Positions 25,198 through 32,000 of a DNA stretch of 32,000 bases are shown in pieces. How positions within the stretch are numbered: position 1 is the stretch's first letter; each line of letters opens with the position of its first letter. Below the pieces are notes generated by a model. That model ran no database searches. It was not told where the DNA came from and worked only from the letters and a program-made list of their open reading frames with translations. Where the stretch lies: contig NZ_JANUCO010000001.1 of NCBI RefSeq assembly GCF_024807225.1, positions 1,471,276 to 1,503,275 on the forward strand, read 5' to 3'. The stretch is from Chryseobacterium ginsenosidimutans. GTDB taxonomy: Bacteria > Bacteroidota > Bacteroidia > Flavobacteriales > Weeksellaceae. Position numbers and translations under genes: made by a program.

Positions 25198-26067
25198 ATG
25201 AAACCAAATCTCAAAAATATCTTATTAACAGCAGTTTTACTGATGGGTTCACAACTCGTGAATGCACAGTTTCTTTCGGCTTCTGATACTTCGGAAAGCA
25301 GTGTTAAAAGATATAAGAATATCATTAATGCCAATAAAGATATTGTAGATTTTATAGAATATTCTTTGGTGGAAAAAGGTTTGCCGAGACATCTGAGAAA
25401 TCTAGCTTTAATTGAATCTCATTTTGACAGGAAAATCACTTCCGGAGCCGGAGCAGTCGGAGTGTGGCAGTTTATGACCTCTCATGCCAATCATTATGGA
25501 TTAACGGAACAAAACAGAACCGATCTTTATAAAAGTACCAAAACAGCAGCAATTTCCCTGACCAATTTGTATAAAAAATATAACAATTGGGTAACGGTAG
25601 TTGCAGCTTACAATTGTGGTGAAGGAAATATCGCCAAAGCAATGGCAGCGGCAAATTCTACTCAATATCATATTTTTTATAAATATCTTCCTGAAGAAAC
25701 CATTAATCATGTTAAAAAATACCTGAACGCGTGTTACGCAACCGGAGAATTACAAAGCGTTTTGAGTGATTACAATTCGTCCAGAATGAATACGGTTTTC
25801 TTTGTAAATGGAGGAAGCAATAAAGATCTGGGAGGGTTTTCTGAAACTGAAATTAATGCAGGTTTTAGTTTAAATATCATTGCAGACGAACTGGATGTGG
25901 AAGTAAACAAACTCCTTTCATGGAATCCTGGAATTCAGGAAGAACTGCAACAGACAGGCGAAAGTACATTGCATCTGCCAATAGATCTGATGCCTGATTT
26001 TTTATTAAGAAAGACAAAAATACTTTCAAGATCAATGAAAGAAGGAAATACAACAAACACCAAATAA
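25198..26067 (+). CDS. Exported SLT-domain lytic transglycosylase with C-terminal LysM-like segment
   Basis: The track ORF starts at TTG 25180; ATG 25198 (MKPNLKNILL...) is preferred. Signal peptide (SQLVNAQ). SLT motifs LALIESHF, GAVGVWQF, AAYNCGEGN. Confidence 0.8.
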   Translation: MKPNLKNILLTAVLLMGSQLVNAQFLSASDTSESSVKRYKNIINANKDIVDFIEYSLVEKGLPRHLRNLALIESHFDRKITSGAGAVGVWQFMTSHANHYGLTEQNRTDLYKSTKTAAISLTNLYKKYNNWVTVVAAYNCGEGNIAKAMAAANSTQYHIFYKYLPEETINHVKKYLNACYATGELQSVLSDYNSSRMNTVFFVNGGSNKDLGGFSETEINAGFSLNIIADELDVEVNKLLSWNPGIQEELQQTGESTLHLPIDLMPDFLLRKTKILSRSMKEGNTTNTK

Positions 26068-26114
26068 TACGAACACTAAGCGATAATGTTTAACCTATCC
26101 AAATCACAGGTAAT

Positions 26115-28052
26115 ATGAAAACAGAATCACAAAATATACTAAAAAGCCCTTCATTCCGTCCATCTCAGAATGCCGACGGAATCTCGGAAAATCAACATGC
26201 CGGAATCAACAGATTGGTAAAACTTTCTTTGGTTATTGAAGGAAAAGTAATCAAGTATTACAAACATTTTAAACTGACTCAAAGCTCAAGGCGACACCAT
26301 GAATTCAGTCTTGCGTTGGCTCATGATGCTTTGGGAGACCGACAAACTCACACGTTGGAGGAAGCGAATAAATTCCTTGGAAAACGTCTGACTGTCGTAA
26401 TTTCTTATAAAGATATTGAAAGCAGTCCCGAAAGAACTTTTGTGGGAGTCATCACCGGAGTAGGATTCAGTCAGGAAAAAATGAGTCTCGGAAATATTGT
26501 TTTAACAGGATACAGTCCTACTATTTTGCTGGATGGAGCTCCTCATATTCAAAGTTTTGGAGGCGGATCGCCTGTCAATATGGGAATTATTGCCAATGAA
26601 GTCATTAAACAAGGTCTTGATTCCAGTCGTTTCGACGTGAGAGTTGATACGAATGATTATTCTCAGATTATTTACAGCAGCCAATACGACGAAACACATT
26701 ACAATTATCTGGCGAGAATGGCTGAAGCGTATGGCGAACAGTTTTATTATGATGGTGAAGTGCTGCATTTCGGAAAGCTTCCGCAACAGAATAAACCTAT
26801 TAAATTAACCTACGGAAGCAGCGCAAACGATATTAAAGTTGAATTAAAAGCTGTCCATACAAAACCACAATTTTACGGCTACAACAGCAATAAAAATGAA
26901 AAACTAACATCGGCGGAAACTCCTGTTCAGCATGTGGGAGACTTAGCAAAAACGGCGTATGCCCACAATGATAAAATTTATAAAACTCCGGCTTTACAAG
27001 TCGCACCGATAAAAGCATCTACGCATCTTGATGTAGAATATTCTCAAAAAAGCACATCTGGAAGTGAAGCGGTGAATGTATTTTTATTATCAGGAAATAC
27101 AACAGTTCCGTTTTTGCATCCGGGTTGTGTGGTAGATGTTCAGATGCGAAAAGTAGATACCAACGAATCTTCTTATTTTACAAGAATCATGGTGACGGAA
27201 GTTACTCATGAGATCGATACGATTGGTCATTACACCGGAAGTTTTGAAGGGATTGCTTCAGACACCGGATTTTTACCGAAACCGGAATTTAAAACTCCCA
27301 AAGCGGAACCACAGATTGCAACGGTAATTTCCAATGCAGATCCGGAAGGTCAGGGAAGAATTCAGGTAAGATTTGACTGGCAGACCAATGATACGACACA
27401 TTTTATCAGAATGATGAGTCCTGATGCGGGAGGAACAGATCAGGTGAACCAAAACAGAGGATACGTCGCGATTCCAGAAATCGGAGATCAGGTGATGGTG
27501 AATTTCGTTCACAGTCATCCCGACAGACCTTTCGTGATGGGCGGAATGTTCCACGGAGGAATCGGTCTTGGCGGCGGAATGGATAACAGAGTAAAATCTA
27601 TCCAAACAAGAAGCGGTCACAGAGTGATTTTTACGGAAGATGAAAGTATCATTATCACCGATAAATCAGGAAACGAAATACATTTAGATACAACAGGAAG
27701 CAACATTACTATTACCGCTCCGGAAACTATGACCTTGAATTGTAGGAATATGAATATCAATGTTGGAGAAAATATGACAACCAACGTTGGTGTAAATAAA
27801 TCTGATACTATTCTGGCAAATCATACTGAAAGTGTGGGTGCAATGAAAATGACTTCTGTTCTAGGTGATACAAGTATGTTTATTACAGGAAAACTGACTG
27901 AAATGATTGAAGGAGATGTGCATAGTGAAACGAAAAAAGAGAGAGTAGAGCTATCACATGATGATATTCAGTTTTCATCAAATAAAAGTATTAACAAAAA
28001 TGCTCAATTGGAGATAAAGAATAATAGCGGAGAAATTAGTAAAAACCATTAA
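26115..28052 (+). CDS. vgrG: T6SS spike protein VgrG (TssI)
   Basis: 645 aa. gp27-like N-terminal half, gp5 OB-fold motif (EGQGRIQVRFDWQ...YVAIPEIGDQVMVNFVHSHPDRPFVMG), C-terminal beta-helix repeats. Confidence 0.9.
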   Translation: MKTESQNILKSPSFRPSQNADGISENQHAGINRLVKLSLVIEGKVIKYYKHFKLTQSSRRHHEFSLALAHDALGDRQTHTLEEANKFLGKRLTVVISYKDIESSPERTFVGVITGVGFSQEKMSLGNIVLTGYSPTILLDGAPHIQSFGGGSPVNMGIIANEVIKQGLDSSRFDVRVDTNDYSQIIYSSQYDETHYNYLARMAEAYGEQFYYDGEVLHFGKLPQQNKPIKLTYGSSANDIKVELKAVHTKPQFYGYNSNKNEKLTSAETPVQHVGDLAKTAYAHNDKIYKTPALQVAPIKASTHLDVEYSQKSTSGSEAVNVFLLSGNTTVPFLHPGCVVDVQMRKVDTNESSYFTRIMVTEVTHEIDTIGHYTGSFEGIASDTGFLPKPEFKTPKAEPQIATVISNADPEGQGRIQVRFDWQTNDTTHFIRMMSPDAGGTDQVNQNRGYVAIPEIGDQVMVNFVHSHPDRPFVMGGMFHGGIGLGGGMDNRVKSIQTRSGHRVIFTEDESIIITDKSGNEIHLDTTGSNITITAPETMTLNCRNMNINVGENMTTNVGVNKSDTILANHTESVGAMKMTSVLGDTSMFITGKLTEMIEGDVHSETKKERVELSHDDIQFSSNKSINKNAQLEIKNNSGEISKNH

Positions 28053-28054
28053 TT

Positions 28055-29551
28055 ATGTCGCGAACAAGAATTATTAAAGGTAAGTACATTAAAACAGTTG
28101 GTGAAAATTATAATATAACATCAGAAGGAAATATTTTTTCTACTGCAGGATCTCAAGTGCAGGAAAAAGGTGTTGATAATGGTGTTCAGTATGGGAATTT
28201 TGAAAGATTGGGAAGTAATATAAATGATGATTTTGAAATTTCATTTTCACTTAAGAAAGATGGAATGTATTCAACAGTAGTACCTTTCGGAATACTTGAT
28301 TTTGAAGGGAATTATGAAAATGCCAATTTTGCTTTTAATTATTCTTTATCATTAAGTAATATAGACACTTTAGAATTTAAGATATTAAATGAAGATGGCA
28401 GTACACTTTATGCCATTACCAATTTGCCGGAATTCGTTGTAACGGCTAGAAGGCTTCCATTATTAGCAGAAGATATTATAAAACAAAAACTACAATATAA
28501 TCCTTTAAAACCCGTAAATGTATGGGACTGGAAAAGCGTTTTTGATCCTTACAACATTACATCGGGTGATTATACTAAGATTGGTTCTTATATTATTTTT
28601 TGGGATGGTTTCGATAATAATGGTATATATGACAGCACAAAATTTAATGATAAGAAATTAAAAGCAGTTATCATTGCTAAAAAGAATGGCAAAGAAAAAA
28701 CAAAAGAAGTTGAGTTTTCTACAAATTATGAAAAGGTTGATTGGGTAGATGTAAAGATTGATAAAAATAATAAAAGAATTGATACAACATTACGTGTTAA
28801 CTTAAAAGATGGTGGAGCGGAAGGGTTGGAGTGTTCTTCATATTTAACAGGAGCTAGAGATGAAACACATTGGGAAGAAAGATGTCCTTGGGATAAGATA
28901 CCTAAAAAAGATATTATAGCAGGTAAATCACCTATTAAAGAAAGAACAAGAAGCTTTGGAGACTTGGAAAAGTTAGCTCTTGATGGTCTTAATTATCATT
29001 GGGGACGAAATAAAAATCACGCAGCTGCTAAAGATGTTAAAATTATTGGAGAAGGGTATGAAGTGTACGTGAGTACAATAAATACTCAAGAAAAGTCTAT
29101 GGATGATGTGAGCTTAATTTATAATACTAATGGAGCTTGGAAGAGATCGGGTAATCCTGGTTCTTTTACGTTGAATCCTATTACTTGGATAGGAAATTTA
29201 ATATCTCGAGAAGCTATTTGTTATAATGTGGGCTATTTAAAAGGAAATACATGGAGATATAGAGAAGAAATGAATGAGGATATTGACTTTAAATTTACAT
29301 CTGCTCACGAAATTGGTCACGAAATATTAAAATCTTTTGGAGGAACGGGTTACTCTTATGGTCATAAGGGAAGTGTTAATGTTGTTACTCAATCCATGAA
29401 AGATAATGCACCGGAATATCCTTCTTCTGGGGAAATAGATATTATGCCATATTATCCGAGTGATCCACCTATTTCTATTTATAATAGATATGCTGCAGCA
29501 GAAAAAGATGTTTTAAGTTTAATATGGTTAACTAAAATAAAAATTAATTAA
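28055..29551 (+). CDS. VgrG-linked effector candidate with C-terminal HExxH zinc-metallopeptidase-like domain
   Basis: 498 aa. ATG lies 2 nt after the vgrG stop. N-terminus (IKGKYIKTVGENYNITSEGNIFSTAG) resembles VgrG beta-helix repeats. HEIGH is encoded at 29306-29320 (FTSAHEIGHEILKSFGG), followed by GEIDIMPYY. Confidence 0.7.
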   Translation: MSRTRIIKGKYIKTVGENYNITSEGNIFSTAGSQVQEKGVDNGVQYGNFERLGSNINDDFEISFSLKKDGMYSTVVPFGILDFEGNYENANFAFNYSLSLSNIDTLEFKILNEDGSTLYAITNLPEFVVTARRLPLLAEDIIKQKLQYNPLKPVNVWDWKSVFDPYNITSGDYTKIGSYIIFWDGFDNNGIYDSTKFNDKKLKAVIIAKKNGKEKTKEVEFSTNYEKVDWVDVKIDKNNKRIDTTLRVNLKDGGAEGLECSSYLTGARDETHWEERCPWDKIPKKDIIAGKSPIKERTRSFGDLEKLALDGLNYHWGRNKNHAAAKDVKIIGEGYEVYVSTINTQEKSMDDVSLIYNTNGAWKRSGNPGSFTLNPITWIGNLISREAICYNVGYLKGNTWRYREEMNEDIDFKFTSAHEIGHEILKSFGGTGYSYGHKGSVNVVTQSMKDNAPEYPSSGEIDIMPYYPSDPPISIYNRYAAAEKDVLSLIWLTKIKIN

Positions 29552-29555
29552 AATC

Positions 29556-29888
29556 ATGAAAATTCTTTTAATATTATTTGTAACATTCATTAGTTCATGT
29601 ACTAAAACTACACCAAAATACATGCATGGTTATATATATAATTCACAAAAAAAACCCTTAAAAGGAATCAAAATCGAAGATCCTTATAACATCAGTTTAT
29701 CCACATTTACTAATTCTAAAGGATATTTCAAAATCAATGCTTTATCAAAAGGAGAATTTTTATATGTGAAAAAAAATAATATAAAATTAGACTCAATTTA
29801 TATAGTAAGAACCCATCCAGAACGAGGAGTTAGTTATGCTTTCGTTGAAGGAAGAAATGACACATTGTTTATTGACTTAAAAAAATAA
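29556..29888 (+). CDS. Small lipoprotein with carboxypeptidase-regulatory-like fold; immunity candidate for the zincin effector
   Basis: 110 aa, starting 4 nt after the effector stop. Lipobox (FISSC). GYIYNSQKKPLKGIKIE...TNSKGYFKI motif. Confidence 0.65.
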   Translation: MKILLILFVTFISSCTKTTPKYMHGYIYNSQKKPLKGIKIEDPYNISLSTFTNSKGYFKINALSKGEFLYVKKNNIKLDSIYIVRTHPERGVSYAFVEGRNDTLFIDLKK

Positions 29889-29917
29889 AAATTATTCAAG
29901 AGAGATTTAATTTTTTT

Positions 29918-30252
29918 ATGCAGAATCTGAAAAATATTAAAAAAATAGTTTTTGTAGCCTTATTGTATTCTTGTACAACACCAAAATTTTATCAAGGCTA
30001 TATTTATAGTAATGAAAAACAACCTTTATCTGATGTCAAAGTCTGTGAAATAAATAAAAACAACTGTGCAATTACAGATAGCAAAGGTTTTTTTTAATGC
30101 AGAAAGATAAAAATTCAATTAATGATCTTCTTGTGTTTTTTTAAAATAAGCCTATAGATACAATAAAAACAGTTTGGAGCCAACATGGAGAAAAGCTGAA
30201 CTATTCATTTCTTGAAGGTAAAAAAGATACATTATTTATTGATTTAAAATAA
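29918..30252 (+). pseudogene. Decayed paralog of the 29556..29888 lipoprotein gene
   Basis: MQNLKNIKKIVFVALLYSCTTPKFYQGYIYSNEKQPLSDVKV...TDSKGFF* stops at a T8 run (30088-30095). The frame shifts, an in-frame TAA follows at 30142-30144, then ...HGEKLNYSFLEGKKDTLFIDLK* parallels ...RGVSYAFVEGRNDTLFIDLKK* of the intact copy. Confidence 0.7.
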
Positions 30253-30332
30253 CTAGAATTGATATCTTGAGGTTACTATCTTTCTAAAATAATGGATGTT
30301 AGAGTTTAGATAAGGCAAAAGAAATATACAAG

Positions 30333-31412
30333 ATGGATAAATCCCTAATTAAAATAATAATCTATTTTTTATTCATAACCCAAAACCTCAGCTGCCAAGA
30401 TATGAAACAAAAAAACCTGCCTGAATTTCAAGTAGAGATTTGTTCTCCTACTAATGATTACTTAATAGAATTTGTAAGCGATAAAATTTTTACATTAGAA
30501 GGCAATGGCGCAAGTTTACCTTATGGAGGTACTTCGGGAGAATGGGGCTATTCTGGATCTGGTTGGACTGAGCAACATGGGACACCAATAGGTGCAGATA
30601 TTACCTATTACGCAGGTTATGAAGATACTTTTTATCATTTGAAAGTTGATTTTCCGTTAGATAAGATCAAAGATTATATGGAACGAGCCTACGCACAAGA
30701 TGGAGGAACAACAGAGGATAAAGCCCCTTTGGAAGAATACAAGCGACTGGGTAGAAATGAACGTTTCAGTGCAAATTATAATTCTTATAATAGTTTTTCT
30801 AACTTGGTTTTTGGTTTTGCTCCCAAAGGAATGGTTGTCGTATGGTTGCGTTATGGGATGGGTGTTCGGATAGAATTGGGTCGTTATCAAGCCGAAGTTA
30901 TTAAAGAGGATAAAGAATTGGAGAAAAAACTATTTGCTAATTGGAGTATGAATCGTCAGGAAGTTAGAGCGAGAGATTTTAATCCAGAAGCATCACCTCA
31001 AGAATGGGACAATTATCGGATAAGATATGCTTACAAACCAGCAATTACCGGTGAAAATAAATCACTTCGATTATTTGAAATGAATTTCCACTACTATAAT
31101 GCAGAGTTAGAAATTATGCTTCGCCCTTGGATTAATAATATTCCGGTAAAAGAAAGAGCTATTCCGAAAGAAATTAGCTTCGTTTGGGAAACGGGAAAAG
31201 ATCAGCAATTTGTGGGGAGAGCTTATTTCAGTTGGGAAAAGACCAATGAAGCATTTAAGAAAGCAGGGAAAAATGCAAAATTAGAATTCAAAATAGCATC
31301 GGATAACAGCAATTTTGAAATATTATTAAACAATCAACCTTTAGAATCTGACAGTACAAGAGTTTTCAAAACTGAGAATGAATATAAAGATTCTTATAAT
31401 GATTATAATTAA
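30333..31412 (+). CDS. Lipoprotein of unknown function (second or orphan immunity candidate)
   Basis: 359 aa. Signal with Cys (ITQNLSC). Aromatic-rich globular sequence, no domain recognised with confidence. Confidence 0.6.
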   Translation: MDKSLIKIIIYFLFITQNLSCQDMKQKNLPEFQVEICSPTNDYLIEFVSDKIFTLEGNGASLPYGGTSGEWGYSGSGWTEQHGTPIGADITYYAGYEDTFYHLKVDFPLDKIKDYMERAYAQDGGTTEDKAPLEEYKRLGRNERFSANYNSYNSFSNLVFGFAPKGMVVVWLRYGMGVRIELGRYQAEVIKEDKELEKKLFANWSMNRQEVRARDFNPEASPQEWDNYRIRYAYKPAITGENKSLRLFEMNFHYYNAELEIMLRPWINNIPVKERAIPKEISFVWETGKDQQFVGRAYFSWEKTNEAFKKAGKNAKLEFKIASDNSNFEILLNNQPLESDSTRVFKTENEYKDSYNDYN

Positions 31413-31494
31413 GAATAAAACTTACTCCAATAATAGAATGGATTTGAGATTATAAAGAATTGTACAAGTGATTCCACAAGTTTTATAAAAAAAG

Positions 31495-31530
31495 ATTCCG
31501 GAAGATTTTAAATTTCCCGGAATTTTTTTT
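31495..31530 (+). terminator. Rho-independent terminator
   Basis: Stem attccgg / ccggaat (7 bp), 15-nt loop, then T8 (31523-31530). Confidence 0.5.
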
Positions 31531-31690
31531 GCCTGAAAATCAATTTAAGATATGTTAACAATTATTAAAAATATCTTAAATAAATCTTAATATTTCCCTA
31601 TTAAGTGTGAAAATAAAGTAGAATTATTTCAAAAATTATCAATTTAATTATTTGATTTTTAAATAAATATAAAATTAATTATTTCTATTG

Positions 31691-31727
31691 TCGTAGAATT
31701 ACTACACCGAATCGTAGAACTACTACA
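31691..31727 (+). promoter_or_regulatory. Tandem GTAG-N5-CTAC sites upstream of hcp-2 (second copy of the 21799-21835 block)
   Basis: tcGTAGaattaCTACa (31691-31706) and tcGTAGaactaCTACa (31712-31727), again 21 bp apart. Confidence 0.6.
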
Positions 31728-31775
31728 AAAAATAAAATTGCCATTTAAAAACTTTCAGATTAAAAAAAGGTGATC

Positions 31776-31783
31776 TATCTTTG
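31776..31783 (+). promoter_or_regulatory. Candidate -7 promoter box (TATCTTTG) of hcp-2
   Basis: Exact TAnnTTTG. TTTC lies 19 nt upstream. 48 nt separate it from the operator block, as for hcp-1. Confidence 0.5.
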
Positions 31784-31845
31784 ACTCAACAAATCACACA
31801 CACCACATCAAATCACAAAATATTAACGATTAAAATTTACAAATC

Positions 31846-32000
31846 ATGGCAGCAAATTCAAGAGGAATCTTAAAATTCAACGGAGGAGAAGGTCAAAAAT
31901 TATTAAAACTGAACTACAGTGTATCAAGATCTACAGACGTTTCTGGTAGAGTAGCTTCAGATCCTTCCAATGCATTGATCAAGGTTACCGTAGAAGCTAC
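31846..32000 (+). CDS. hcp: T6SS-iii tube protein Hcp (TssD), copy 2, 5' part only (runs off the window)
   Basis: The first 51 codons differ from hcp-1 at 14 nucleotides: 13 synonymous third positions and 1 replacement (L->V). Confidence 0.8.
   Translation, partial: MAANSRGILKFNGGEGQKLLKLNYSVSRSTDVSGRVASDPSNALIKVTVEA

Noticed and set aside
1-32000. Search for CRISPR arrays, tRNA/rRNA genes, transposases, integrases and prophage genes
   Set aside because: No regularly spaced repeat arrays, no tRNA-like cloverleaf signatures (no GTTCRANYC-type T-arms noticed in the gaps), and no DDE or tyrosine-recombinase-like ORFs were seen. The accessory character of the region comes from T6SS cassettes, not from a recognisable mobile element.

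Overview
AT-rich Flavobacteriia-type DNA, probably a Chryseobacterium-like Bacteroidota genome. The taxonomic call is an inference from three things seen here: repeated TAnnTTTG -7 promoter boxes, no Shine-Dalgarno sequences, and a T9SS C-terminal sorting domain. Bases 1-8200 are ordinary chromosome: exported beta-propeller lipoproteins, an OsmC-family protein, RNase G, HU, an unannotated 29-aa basic ribosomal-type ORF and an orphan LuxR-type regulator. From about 8300 to the window end lies a Bacteroidota-type (T6SS-iii) type VI secretion locus. It starts with an atypical (Asp->Glu) LuxR-type regulator, divergent from an operon of three single-pass membrane proteins plus an 800-aa TssR-like vWA lipoprotein. 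One of the three membrane proteins is a two-PKD-domain gene that is frameshifted. Next comes a PAAR-like (DUF4280) gene with a 791-aa effector carrying a C-terminal glucosaminidase domain, followed by five small exported or lipoprotein genes (candidate immunity array). The locus continues with a LysM-like protein, hcp, clpV/tssH, a dedicated SLT lytic transglycosylase and vgrG. After vgrG come a 498-aa HExxH zincin effector, a lipoprotein immunity candidate with a decayed paralog, another lipoprotein, and a second hcp copy cut by the window end. No sheath or baseplate genes (tssB/C/E/F/G/K) fall inside the window. Best leads: (1) the two effector/immunity modules; (2) a conserved pair of GTAG-N5-CTAC sites spaced 21 bp apart, at identical distance upstream of both hcp paralogs; (3) regulators lacking a phosphorylatable receiver Asp; (4) four frame disruptions, including an A9 tract that separates a T9SS sorting domain from its cargo. 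No rRNA, tRNA, CRISPR array, transposase or integrase was recognised.
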